Source: Microgenomates bacterium OLB22
Lineage (GTDB): Bacteria; Patescibacteriota; Microgenomatia; UBA1406; HO2-37-13b
Length of the DNA stretch: 64,000 nucleotides
Reading direction: 5' to 3'
Assembly: GCA_001567515.1 (NCBI GenBank)
Contig: LLEV01000005.1
Coordinates: forward strand, 132,484-196,483
The notes below the pieces were generated by a model that did no database searches, had not been told where the DNA came from, and saw only the letters and a list, made by a program, of their open reading frames with translations. Shown in pieces: positions 1-10,106 of this stretch (positions are counted from its first letter, which is position 1; every line of letters starts with the position of its first letter). The position numbers and the translations under genes are program-made.

Positions 1-122
1 AGTAAAAAGTTCCAATGGGTACTCATCTTAGCCTTGCCTATCATCTACTTTTATGCACTGAATATGCTCACTTACAACATCGCCCCCATCACCGACTGGA
101 GACCATTTTTGTAATACCAAAA

Positions 123-830
123 TCAAGCAGGGGCCAGCTGAGGAGGCGAATTTGCCATCACATGTATCCTTCCAGCCATCTCACCAACCTCAGTTCCTAG
201 TTCTGATGCTCTACGAATTAAAGTAAAGCTCCCTCTAGCTGTATTGACTTCGGTTACTGTAGTAGTTTGTTGTGTCTGAGGTTGCAAAACTACCAGGCAA
301 GAAATATCCATATCAGGAAATATTGCCTGTAGAGTCTTGACCTTACCTTCTATGTTGAACTTGCTTGGAAGCTTCTTTGTCATCTTTGTCTCCACGATTA
401 TTAGTTTTGATCCAATCCGTACAAGTCCATCATACTCTGCGAGAGTAATAGGTCTTCCTGTAAGTCTGTCGACTACTCCAGTTCTATATGCGACGAGACC
501 ACCTAAAGAATTAGTCCTTACCGTAACCCTGCCATAGATACCATCTCTTACTGGTTTAGCATCACAAAGTCCAGGTCTCTCTTGATTTGATTGTTCTACA
601 GACTTCCTAATTGCTTTGTTGATGAGATGTTCAAAATACCAGCCCCTTGCACCGCCTTCATCTCTCAATGCCCTGCGCAATGGGGTGTGGTTTAGTTCTC
701 CTGTTGGGAGATCTTCATCACTCGGAACAGCCTCGGCAACTGCTTCGACAAGATTTCCCAGAGCTACTATTTCAAATATCTTAGGATATTGCTTCTCAGT
801 AGTTTCGGATACGCTAGCAATATCAACCAT
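123..830 (-). CDS. hypothetical protein, possible PD-(D/E)xK-fold nuclease
   Basis: ORF track 123..839 (TTG at 839, first ATG at 830). The motif EYD-x12-ETK fits D...ExK. No other family recognised. Confidence 0.4.
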   Translation of the reverse strand: MVDIASVSETTEKQYPKIFEIVALGNLVEAVAEAVPSDEDLPTGELNHTPLRRALRDEGGARGWYFEHLINKAIRKSVEQSNQERPGLCDAKPVRDGIYGRVTVRTNSLGGLVAYRTGVVDRLTGRPITLAEYDGLVRIGSKLIIVETKMTKKLPSKFNIEGKVKTLQAIFPDMDISCLVVLQPQTQQTTTVTEVNTARGSFTLIRRASELGTEVGEMAGRIHVMANSPPQLAPA

Positions 831-931
831 ACATACCAAGATACCATAATGTTAATATCGTTCTATCGAAACATATTGATTTGATCGATTTGAATCGATA
901 TGTGCTATCCTTAAGCGATAGTGCCGATTTT

Positions 932-2138
932 TTATTCAAACCGAATTGCTTCAATAGGTGAGAGGTTGGCTGCCTTACGGGCTGGGAAGACACCAAAGGT
1001 GATACCAATGAGTGCCGAAACTCCCGTGGCAAGTAATACTGAGAAAAGAGTGATCTCAGCTGGAAAAAAAGTTGCGCATAATGAGGACAAAAAATACCTG
1101 AAATGATCAACCCACCCACTCCCCCAAGCAATGAAAGCATGACAGACTCGACTAAGAACTGTTGGAGGATATCTTGTTTAGTAGCTCCAAGCGCCCTTCG
1201 TATCCCTATCTCCTTGGTCCTTTCCACTACACTCACATACATGATATTCATGATCCCGATACCACCAACGATCAAAGAAATAGCCCCGATAACAACTAAT
1301 ACACTATTGAGCGCTGAGAAGATCGAGTTCACAGCATTGAGTATCTCTGTTTGCTCTATGACAGAAAAATCATCTTCATCATATCTCCTCCCCAACATCA
1401 TCTCGGCTTCTCTTTGAGTCTGCTTTAGCGTATCTTCGCTACGAGCCTTTATATAGATAGTGAAAAATGTTTTGTCAGGGTTGAAGGTGTAGGCAGCTGT
1501 ATATGGGATGTAAGCAAATGAATCAAAATTTGGTCCCCCAAAGCCTCCCCCTCCTATCTTTTTGAGCACTCCCATCACGCGAAACCGCTGATCATCAAGC
1601 GTGATAGTCCTACCTACCGCCTTTTCTGGAAGGGTAAAGAGAGCAGTTGCTAGCGCATTGCCGATCACTATGCTTCTAGATTTTTTTTTCAACTTCTCGA
1701 GAAGTAAATACACTTCCATACTCAGCTTCGAGATTGCGGAGAGTAAAGAGGTCGCCAGTTGTTGCAAATAGATCGGCTGTCTCGGTCTTCTCTCCAAAAC
1801 TCGCCGAGAGAGTCTTCATAAATGCAGGAGCAACCAGGCTAGCTGATCGGATCTTCTTGAGATTTTGCACATCTTGTATATCGAATTCTGCCCACCCAGG
1901 CTCCCCCTCCCGGGCTACTGCGAAAGGACCCTCCTTGCAAAACTTGACCGGGGAAGACGATCAATAAATTTGTACCAAGACTATCAAACTGTTGTTTAAT
2001 AAAGTTCTTCAATCCAACTCCTACAGCCTGCAGCAATACTACAGCGGTAATACCGATGATGATCCCCAGTGTCGTCAAAAATGTTCGGACCTTATTGCGT
2101 TTGAAGTCCAAGATCGATTCTTTGATGATATGAAACAT
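932..2138 (-). pseudogene. MacB/FtsX-type ABC transporter permease, reading frame broken at least 3 times
   Basis: Pieces: 1839..2138 (N-terminal TM), 1676..1870 (periplasmic domain), 823..1797 (FtsX motif ERTKEIGIRRALGA). I read the true C-terminus ...[20 protein letters not shown] in another frame, ending at 932. Shifts occur at A6 1089..1094 and T9 1681..1689. Confidence 0.8.
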
Positions 2139-2140
2139 AG

Positions 2141-2847
2141 TTAGTGTGTTGCTTTCTTTTTGGCGTAACCCTTAGATTTGCCTATCGTCATGACCCCATC
2201 TCTGATAGTGACACTTCGGAAGGCGCGACGAGCGACCTCCTGCTCGTGAGTCACAACAACAATTGTCTTCTTATCTTTCTTATTCAGGTTATCTAGTATC
2301 TCTAGGACAACATCACCAGACTTTGTATCAAGATTTCCTGTGGGCTCATCAGCTAGGATGACTTCAGGGTCCATGATAAGTGCGCGTGAGATAGCTGTTC
2401 GTTGTTGCTCTCCTCCTGAGATCCTATTTGGATAAGACTCCGCTCTATGCGCAAGCCCAAATCGCTCCATGAGCTCCTGTGCCCGCTGATGATAGTAGCT
2501 CTCAGGCTTGCTATCATCATATCTCCCGGGGAGCATGATATTTTCACGGATGGTCAATTTTGATATCAGGTTAAATTGCTGGAATACGAATCCTATTTTT
2601 CTGTTTCGTAGGCGAGAGAGACTTGCGTCCGAAAGCGAGATGTATCTACTCCATCAACAAGAATGTGTCCGGATGATGGTTTGTCCAGGAGACCGATCAT
2701 ATTCATAAGAGTTGACTTACCTGACCCGGATGGGCCCACGATAGATATATAATCCCCATCCTTGACCACCAGAGAGGTGGGTTGTAGGATAGTGATCGGG
2801 CTATCCCCCAATGTTACCGTCTTTGATACGTCTTTGAGCTCAATCAT
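2141..2847 (-). pseudogene. ABC transporter ATP-binding protein (MacB/LolD-like), one frameshift
   Basis: Pieces 2593..2880 (Walker A GPSGSGKST) and 2141..2557 (LSGGEQQR-like ISGGEQQR, Walker B ILADEPTGNLD). The linker ...LRNRKIGFVFQQFNLISKLTIRENIML is readable across a 1-nt shift near 2630. The likely ATG at 2847 overlaps the upstream stop. Confidence 0.85.
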
Positions 2848-3848
2848 ATACGACGTCCCCAACTGAGAGCCCTTTGACAATTTCTATCTCACTTTCGGTC
2901 TCGATACCTATGGTCACATCTTGACGTTGTTTCTTCCCCTTTACTTTCTTCCAGACAAAATCACCTTTCTCGTCAGACTGCAATGCAGTTGCTGGTATAG
3001 AGATAGCATTATTTTTTGATGACAGCACAAAACGAGCGTCTCCCGTCATCCCGAGTCTTAAGTTGTCAACAAGTTCATCCTTAGAGACCTCTATAAATAC
3101 TTCGTATACGATAGAGGTTTCTCCTACTTTAGGGGCAAAAGATATGTGATGGACCTTACCCATGAGCAATTTGTCCAAAGCATCAAGGCTTATCTCGACA
3201 GCTTGTCCCTCCTTGATCTGTACTATCTCCTTTTGGTCAGCCGTAACGACAAACCGTAAAGTATCAGGATTCACGATAGCAAAACGAGCAGATGAAGGAG
3301 TGATGTTCACTCCCGCGATAGGTGACTCAACAAATGTCACGATCCCATTGATCGGACTCACTAGTCGAGAAAACTCAAGGCTCAAGGAAGTAAGCTCAAC
3401 ATCTAATACTGAGCTATCTAATGTAAATTGTGTCTTATCGAGTGCTCTCTGAAGAGCGTCGGTGATAGCCTTTCCCTCCTGGTCATCCTTCTGTTGCTCT
3501 AGATCCCAGCGTGATGACTTGTAATCATTGAGGTCTTTTTGAAGTCTCTTTTTGAGCTCTCGAGAGTCTAGCTGAGCGATAAGCTGCCCTTTCTTGACCA
3601 AGTCTCCATCTTTTACGGCTATATAGGATAGTCGGCCTGAAGTCTGGAACTGGAGTGTGACTTTTTCTGTTGCGTCTATATTACCTGCGAGGACAAGCTC
3701 TTCTTGAAGAGTGCCCTCTTTTACATCATGTGTTTTTTTCTGCCCTTGAGGCAGCGTCCGTACTTCTTTGATTATAGATATAGCCTCCGGTGGCAATAGC
3801 TGTAAGCGCGACAAGGCCAACCAGAAGAGATTTCTTTTTTAACTTCAT
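2840..3848 (-). pseudogene. HlyD/MacA-type periplasmic adaptor (efflux membrane-fusion protein), one frameshift
   Basis: ORF 2840..3820 has adaptor-like sequence. The signal/TM N-terminus MKLKKKSLLVGLVALTAIATGG starts at ATG 3846..3848 in another frame. The frames join at T7 3733..3739. Confidence 0.8.
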
Positions 3849-4081
3849 ACTTATGCTATTATATCAATACTCACAGCATTAGGAGTAGGGTCTTTTTTGA
3901 AGGTAATGTATCGGGTAGACTACTAGGAAGGGATCCCGACAACACGCAGTCTTAGTGCGTGTATTGACAGGAGGGGATAGTAAGATAGGACCGGTGAAAA
4001 GAGTATGATGGCTCGATGGTCCTGCAGAGCAGGATCTGGCTCTGCTAGACTGCAAAATAGAATATAGTCTTAGCTAAGATA

Positions 4082-4154
4082 GGCACGGTGGCGAAGTGGA
4101 AACGCTGCGGTCTGCAAAACCGCCATTGCGCGGGTTCGATTCCCGCCCGTGCCT
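4082..4154 (+). tRNA. tRNA-Cys (GCA)
   Basis: Cloverleaf folded by hand: acceptor GGCACGG/CCGTGCC, anticodon stem GCGGT/ACCGC, loop CTGCAAA, T-arm GCGGG-TTCGATT-CCCGC. CCA is not encoded. Confidence 0.9.
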
Positions 4155-4209
4155 CAAATTAAGAATTCTTTACTTTTACCTTCTAACTTCTCACTTTAGA
4201 CTTAAATAT

Positions 4210-5348
4210 CTAGTCATAGTCATTCCCATCTACACCATGTTTTTTCAGGAGAGACTCAACATGCTTTTCAAATTCCTCGACTGAATACTGTTCGGCATGA
4301 TCACGAGCGGCATGACACATTGCCCGATAATCCTTCCGGTTTAGTCTTTCAAGTTTGTTCACTTTCTCTATTACGGCATCCGGGGAGAGTTCGTGATAGT
4401 GATAACCACACACCCCATCTATGACATTTTCCTTAAGCCCCCCTGAAGCATAGACTATCACAGGCACATAGTAACCCATCGCCTCAACGGCAGATATACC
4501 GAACTCCTCATCCTGGGAGGCAAAAAGGTAGCCTTTGGCCCCACGAAATAGGCGACGAAACTCTTTATCAGGCACTCTCCCGAGGAACTCGACAGTGGGG
4601 CCCGCCATCTTTTTTAGGGCTGACAGCTCCTTGCCAACGCCTACTACTTTGAGTTGAAAACCTGCCTTGTTAGCAGCTTGGACTAGTATCTCGACATGCT
4701 TTGCCTTCTGCAGACGACACAGCGAGATGTAGTAATCCCGCTCATCTAAGGTGTCGTCGTCATACGTCACTTCTTTGACTATGTCGACAGGTGGATATAT
4801 CACCTCGCTATCACGGCGATAGTAATGCTGCAGACGCATCTTGGTCTCCTCTGAATTTGCGATGAGGATATCAGGACGGGCAGTACTAGAGAAATCCCAC
4901 ATACGTAAGAAGTGATTGATGACGTGGGCATAGATCTTGATTGGTAGGTAGCGCTGCCACTCCATAGCTGTCTCATAGTAGTATAGGTAGCGGGGCTGAT
5001 GATGGACATAGGAGAAGTGAAGGGTCGGCGGCATTGTCTTAATTCCTTTGCACATAAACCAGCCAGAGGAAGAGATCACCACATCGTATTTCGAAAAGTC
5101 AAATGACTCCCAGATGAATGGGGCCAGAAAGCGTAGAGGTGAGTAGAGTTTTTTATAAAAGGGATCCTAGCTGCCCACGATACATGGATATTCCAATCTC
5201 GATATTCTGGCGCATGCTTCTCAAGTTTCTTGCTATCATAGAATGCCGTGTAGACATCTGCATGAGGGTAGAGGCGCTTAAGAGCAAAAAAGACACGCTC
5301 AGCTCCTCCAAATTCAAATAGCTGATCATGTACGAGAGCTATATTCAT
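4210..5348 (-). pseudogene. GT4-family (GT-B) glycosyltransferase, one frameshift
   Basis: Pieces 5076..5348 (IALVHDQLFEFGGAERV) and 4210..5082 (EEFGISAVEAMG). The joining sequence KKLYSPLRFLAPFIWESFDFSKYDVVISSSGW is readable after a 1-nt shift in T6 5149..5154. Confidence 0.8.
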
Positions 5349-5386
5349 ATAGCCTATTATAAAGCATAAAAAAGAGGTAGCCGAAG

Positions 5387-5860
5387 CTACCTCACTTGAG
5401 CTTGAGACAGGAGATGTCTCCAGACCTGGAGTGTGATCTCCAGATGCCCAAAGTGCAAGAGCGTATGATTGATGGCATGATTGATGCAGTAGCGCAAATC
5501 ACGCCTACCTGATGTCGTACTTACCATCCTGTCCAAAGTCGCACTGTCAAGCTTCGTCAGGATATTGGTGCACTCTACGTTAACTCGCCTGACTTCTTCA
5601 ACAAGGACACCAGCATCGGTCCCAAGAGCCCTAAACTCGGCTTCTCGGTCACGTACATAGCCAGTGCGACCCGCTAGAGTACCTATCCAATACTGTTCGG
5701 ACCCAAGGATATGGGTGACGATGGCACAGATAGAGTTCGCCCCAGGGCACGGTCTCCAGTTGAGTGCCTCATCTGGGACAGTCACGAGCAAATCCATCAA
5801 CTCCACATGAGTCCTATTCAATCGGCCTACGAGAAAGGCTAGCTCTCTGCTTTGAGACAT
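5387..5860 (-). CDS. DinB/YfiT-like four-helix-bundle protein (putative metal-dependent hydrolase)
   Basis: ORF 5387..5929. The internal ATG at 5860 is preceded by AGGAG. The pattern of spaced His residues (THILGSEQYW ... HAINHTLLHFGH) is typical of DinB_2. Confidence 0.6.
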   Translation of the reverse strand: MSQSRELAFLVGRLNRTHVELMDLLVTVPDEALNWRPCPGANSICAIVTHILGSEQYWIGTLAGRTGYVRDREAEFRALGTDAGVLVEEVRRVNVECTNILTKLDSATLDRMVSTTSGRRDLRYCINHAINHTLLHFGHLEITLQVWRHLLSQAQVR

Positions 5861-5904
5861 CTTCAGACTCCTAGCGTAGCTGGAAGTCGCGTACAACACT
5901 GTCC

Positions 5905-6381
5905 TTAGGAATGTGTGCTCGATAGGCATTTTTTATAGTGTGGATAAATACCCCAATTTATCCACCGCCAAGACTCCTTAACACGCCGCTCGTGAACTTC
6001 GATTGTTCCCTTCTTTTCGGCCATATCCTCATACACATAGGTATAGTCCGCGTCTATTCTACCCTGATGTAGTGCTCCATCTGGCAGCTGGGTGAAGTAG
6101 GAGTAATAGGGCTGGCCATTGATACTTCCCAATGCCCCAAAAAAAAATCGCCCTTCTACCCCATCACTAGTTCGCATACTGACTATCTCTATAGTACGTG
6201 CATGCACCATCTCTGTGGGGGCATTGTGACCTATGAGCATGGCTGGGATCGTACCCCAAGCACCTCCCATCATCGTCCCCAGGACCAATTCCGCCTAGGC
6301 TGATCCGAAGCCTCCATCTCTAGCAAACGTATAGCCGAGTAACACAGCTCCTATCAGCGCTCCAAGAATCATAGAATACAT
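5905..6381 (-). pseudogene. small membrane protein (two glycine-zipper TM segments) interrupted by one in-frame TAG
   Basis: ATG 6379..6381 has a strong AAGGAG SD and opens a 28-codon ORF that ends at TAG 6295..6297. This TAG is in frame with ORF 5905..6288. The total span is 477 nt, i.e. 159 codons. Confidence 0.5.
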
Positions 6382-6756
6382 ATCCTTCACTCCTTTTTTG
6401 TAAAGTACAAGGTCTATAGTATAGCAGATCAAACTAAAGATACATAATTTCTAAATCCTAATTTCTAAACTCTAAACAAGCGCAAAATTCAAAATGCCTG
6501 TGCTGAGCAAGGCCGAAAGGCTGAAGTATCGTAGCTATCGATGCCCCACAGTTTTCATATACTCCCCACATCCTATTTTCAGAACCTAGCGAAAGTAATT
6601 TACAGTTCGTTGCCAAACGCTGATGGGGTGTGGCATGCAATATGCCAGGGGCCACCGGAGTCAGGCTTTATGAACTGTTACTGCGAAGCTCCAGTTCTGA
6701 TAAATAGGATGGGAAAAAGACGTGGTTTTGAGTTTGCTTTCTGTTACTCTTTATTC

Positions 6757-7529
6757 ATGACAATCTTTCAGGCGATCATCATGGGCCTAGTCGAGGGACT
6801 TACTGAGTTTCTTCCCATATCCTCTACAGCACATCTACTTATCACCGCAAAGTTGCTGGGTATAGAGCAGTCTCCTTTTGTTGCTCTCTTTGAGGTGGTG
6901 ATCCAAGCAGGGGCAATAGCTGCTATCATCGTCCTCTACACAAAGTATGTCCTATCCAAACCAAAGCTGATCCCCCTTATCCTCATCTCATTTGTCCCCA
7001 CGGCTGTCATGGGGGTCCTCGCAAAGGATTTTGTGAAAACAGTACTTTTTGACTCCGTGGGGACGATAGGAATGACACTGGCGTTAATAGGGGGACTGTT
7101 CCTTTTGATAGAGCTCTTGATTCAAAAAAAGGTCATTGTCCTAAGTCAAGACATGAAAGATCTTGGATATAGCCACGCCATATTCATCGGGATATCCCAA
7201 GGCCTTGCAGTCTTTCCAGGGGTCTCACGAGCTGGTGCGGTGATAGTCGTGATGATGCTGCTTGGATACCAGAGAAGAGATGCGGCAATGTACTCATTTT
7301 TGCTGGCCGTCCCCACGATATTTGCAGCGTCGGGATATGACCTCCTCACAACACCACTGGATGGATATGGAGTGTCAGAATACGGGCTATTAGCCTAGGT
7401 AGCTTTGTTTCCTTCGGAATTGCACTAGTCTGTGTGAAGTTTTTTGTAGAATTTCTGCAGAAGAGAGACCTCACAATATTCGGCTGGTATAGACTAGCCA
7501 CCGGACTCATAGTGTATCTGTTTATATAG
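6757..7529 (+). pseudogene. uppP: undecaprenyl-diphosphate phosphatase UppP/BacA, one frameshift near 7385-7395
   Basis: ORF 6541..7398 contains EGLTEFLPISSTAHL and GVSRAG. The C-terminus SFVSFGIALVCVKFFVEFLQKRDLTIFGWYRLATGLIVYLFI* continues in another frame to 7529. Confidence 0.85.
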
Positions 7530-7637
7530 AGGGAAAAATGCAAGAAAGCTGAGTTATGGGACGTTTTCAAACTATGTTTGAATAAATAGAAAAAACCTAA
7601 TTACGTCATTAGATTAACACGCTCTGCTCAAGGAAAC

Positions 7638-7666
7638 TTGACAGAATAGCAATCTTATGCTATACT
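7638..7666 (+). promoter_or_regulatory. sigma70-type promoter TTGACA-17-TATACT
   Basis: TTGACA 7638..7643, 17-nt spacer, TATACT 7661..7666. It sits 36 nt upstream of ATG 7702. Confidence 0.6.
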
Positions 7667-7701
7667 ATAAGCCTGATTCTTTTACAGAAAGGACTCGCTC
7701 G

Positions 7702-8265
7702 ATGCCCAAGTACAACAGTGTCCTCGTCCGAATCGTGGTGCCCGCCGGACTCGTTCCGGCGGAGCTCCTGAACCTGCAACCGCAGGGGAGGAACCACAGT
7801 TCGCAAACGATGGGCGAAGGCCGCGAGGTCTTCAAGCGGCAGAGCCGTGGCGTTAGTGTCTATCACTACTGCCAGGCGCTGGCCGACCGTTACCAGTTCA
7901 TGGGGGTGTACCCCCAGAACCTCGGTGACGGTCGATATGCTCTCAAGTTCGTATTCCGTGATCCGGCAACGGTCACGGTCGACGCCGCTGAGTTGGCAGG
8001 TCGTCAGAATCTTCTGACGAGCTTGCTGAAACTCAGCATGTGGAACATTTGGGCGTCCGCGCAGGTGTATGTCAACCCGATCTCCGACGGTGGAGAGGCC
8101 CTGTGCCTCAACCTTGCCGGAATCACCTCTCTCGTCGATGAGCACGGTATGCCCGTGCAAGTCGCGGAGAAGGTAAATGGGGTGGCGACGGGTCGTCAGG
8201 TCAACCTGACCGGACCCAACGTCATCATGGACGACTCTTCGGAGTTGCCCAGCATGGCCGTCTGA
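7702..8265 (+). CDS. GC-rich orphan protein (187 aa), no recognisable family
   Basis: ORF 7657..8265. The ATG at 7657 lies inside the promoter, so the start is taken at 7702 (MPKYNSVL...). The gene is flanked by its own promoter and terminator. Confidence 0.6.
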   Translation: MPKYNSVLVRIVVPAGLVPAELLNLQPQGRNHSSQTMGEGREVFKRQSRGVSVYHYCQALADRYQFMGVYPQNLGDGRYALKFVFRDPATVTVDAAELAGRQNLLTSLLKLSMWNIWASAQVYVNPISDGGEALCLNLAGITSLVDEHGMPVQVAEKVNGVATGRQVNLTGPNVIMDDSSELPSMAV

Positions 8266-8273
8266 AGGATCAG

Positions 8274-8311
8274 AACCGGGGGTGCCCGAAAGGGCACCAC
8301 CCGGTTTTTTT
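8274..8311 (+). terminator. intrinsic terminator
   Basis: AACCGGGGGTGCCC-GAAA-GGGCACCACCCGGTT followed by T8. Confidence 0.8.
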
Positions 8312-8349
8312 GCGCCTAGAAATTTTTAGCACTGTTAAGTTCCTTAGTT

Positions 8350-8444
8350 GTCATCCTGAATCGTAGATGAAGGATCTGATTAAGTAGACTTGTTTGCTAG
8401 ATTCTTCATTTCACCACGTCAAACGTGGTTGCATTCAGAATGAC
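8350..8444. repeat. imperfect inverted-repeat (REP/MITE-like) element
   Basis: GTCATCCTGAAT...GATGAAGGATC at the left end faces GATTCTTCAT...ATTCAGAATGAC at the right end. There is an inner hairpin CCACGT-CAA-ACGTGG. The core resembles the repeats at 10260-10410. Confidence 0.5.
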
Positions 8445-8483
8445 AAAAGCGGCAATCCAGGAATGACACAAAGACGGTATCGT

Positions 8484-9623
8484 TTAGTTCTTCATAACCC
8501 CCGCACTCGGACTTGGGGTAAGGGAGCCGCCTTGGAGTAAGACTTGGATATCGCCTCTTAGCTTTGTCCATACATCTTGCCCTTGTTTTGAGATCAATAT
8601 ATATTGCCGATCTGCCGACACACTATTCTTCAAATAATTATCTGTAGACAAGACCACTTGAGTCACTCGATACTGTGAGGCACTTCCCGCCTCCCCAATG
8701 AACTTTTGTATGAGCTCTGGTGGGGCATCGGTGCGAATATGGTCATCTAGCTCATTCATGAGGGGGATGATCTTAGGGAGAAAGCCGATACTCAGTACTT
8801 TCTCTCGCAGGGCCGCTAGGAACTCTTGCTGACGACGTGCGCGCGCAAAGTCTCCCCCGTCTTCGGCTGAATGACGTGATCTCACGAACTTCAGTGCTGT
8901 CTCTCCATCCATATGGGTAAGGCCCTTCTCAAAATGGAGATGCTCAAATCGACACGGAAATGCTAGCTCTGGACTATCTGTAGCTATCAGCAGAGCCTCC
9001 TGAAATTGGGCCTCGTCTTTGCCACACGTATCATCCTTCTTTCCCTCTATAGGGTACTCATAGTCATCAAAGCCTTTCTGGACGTTGATATCGAGCCCTC
9101 CCAGTATATCTACTGCCTTATGAAAGCCGGCGAAGTCTATCGCGAGATAGTAGTCAGTCTTGATACCAGTGATAGTTCGTAGTAGACCCTTGATGAGATC
9201 AGCTGCTCCTTGCTCACCATGGAACTGATCAAGGAGTCTCGGGTAGTTCTTCGGGAAGAGGCCCATTTGATAAGCCGCATTTATCTTACTGTAGAAAGCA
9301 GCGCCACCATCTGCCGGGATACGCACCCATGTATCACGAGGGACTGAGACCAAGACTGCTTGCTTTGTCTTCGTATTGATATGGAGAGCCATGATGGTAT
9401 CGGTGAGATAGGTCCCCTCGTGTGATCCACCACCATACCCCATGAGGAGTACCCCGAACTCTGTCTGCTCTGGGGCAGGAGTAGGCCCGCGTCGTGAGCC
9501 GGTGCTGATATTGGTATAAAAAGATCGAATGGTGCCAAAGATAAGTAAAGAGATGATGAGCACCGCGCCTCCGACCAAGAGAGCGACCTGAGGCCGTGAA
9601 AACCATTTCTTTTTTGAACGCAT
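8484..9623 (-). CDS. LytR-CpsA-Psr (LCP) family cell-envelope glycopolymer transferase
   Basis: ORF 8484..9650. N-terminal TM, then LLMGYGGGSHEGTYLTDTIMALHIN...VSVPRDTWV. Likely ATG at 9623 (TTG at 9650). Confidence 0.8.
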   Translation of the reverse strand: MRSKKKWFSRPQVALLVGGAVLIISLLIFGTIRSFYTNISTGSRRGPTPAPEQTEFGVLLMGYGGGSHEGTYLTDTIMALHINTKTKQAVLVSVPRDTWVRIPADGGAAFYSKINAAYQMGLFPKNYPRLLDQFHGEQGAADLIKGLLRTITGIKTDYYLAIDFAGFHKAVDILGGLDINVQKGFDDYEYPIEGKKDDTCGKDEAQFQEALLIATDSPELAFPCRFEHLHFEKGLTHMDGETALKFVRSRHSAEDGGDFARARRQQEFLAALREKVLSIGFLPKIIPLMNELDDHIRTDAPPELIQKFIGEAGSASQYRVTQVVLSTDNYLKNSVSADRQYILISKQGQDVWTKLRGDIQVLLQGGSLTPSPSAGVMKN

Positions 9624-9711
9624 ACAGATAGTATACATAGATTTACTCAATGCAGGTATACACTAAAGTATTGCAAAGATAAGTCCCATATGATACACTA
9701 TAGGCATTAAT

Positions 9712-9784
9712 GGGCCTGTAGCTCAGCGGTGAGAGCACCAGTCTTATACACTGGGTGTCCTTGGTTCAAATCCAAGCAGGCCTA
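9712..9784 (+). tRNA. tRNA-Ile (UAU)
   Basis: Acceptor GGGCCTG/CAGGCCT with discriminator A, anticodon stem CCAGT/ACTGG, loop CTTATAC (TAT at 9745..9747), T-arm CTTGG-TTCAAAT-CCAAG. Confidence 0.8.
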
Positions 9785-9831
9785 CACCCTATCCGCATGT
9801 TAGATAATGATATTTGGATCGGGTAGGATTT

Positions 9832-9856
9832 ACCCCGCCTTAAGGCGGGGCTTTTC
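9832..9856 (+). terminator. intrinsic terminator after tRNA
   Basis: CCCCGCC-TTAA-GGCGGGG followed by CTTTTCT. Confidence 0.6.
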
Positions 9857-9903
9857 TATATGCCCTTGCTAAGTTACAATACCAAGTAACAATAGATAAG
9901 ATT

Positions 9904-9977
9904 GCGCCAGTAGCTCAGCTGGTTAGAGCACCATTCTTATAAAGTGGGGGTCCTCGGTTCGAATCCAAGCTGGCGCA
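9904..9977 (+). tRNA. second tRNA with anticodon UAU (Ile-like), C.A mismatch in T-stem
   Basis: Acceptor GCGCCAG/CTGGCGC, anticodon stem CCATT/AGTGG, loop CTTATAA (TAT at 9938..9940), T-arm CTCGG-TTCGAAT-CCAAG with one mismatch. Confidence 0.65.
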
Positions 9978-10033
9978 CACCAAGGTTTTTTTACCAAAGG
10001 GTCTAAAAAAGTTGCTATAATAGCATGATCCTT

Positions 10034-10106
10034 GCCGAGGTAGCCAAGGTGGTCACGGCGGTGGTCTGAAAAACCTCAGATATCAGTTCGACTCTGATCC
10101 TCGGCA
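10034..10106 (+). tRNA. tRNA-Phe (GAA)
   Basis: Acceptor GCCGAGG/CCTCGGC, anticodon loop CTGAAAA (GAA at 10068..10070), T-arm ATCAG-TTCGACT-CTGAT. The anticodon stem has one T.T mismatch. Confidence 0.7.

Noticed and set aside
7660-8160. Long antisense ORFs opposite GC-rich genes: 7660..8160(-), 20578..21552(+), 21715..22692(+) pieces, 27282..28089(-), 48895..49434(-).
   Set aside because: The opposite strand in each case carries recognisable motifs (PncA, kinase, TrpRS, FAD enzyme) or proper promoter, SD and terminator signals. Long stop-free antisense frames are expected in GC-rich coding DNA.
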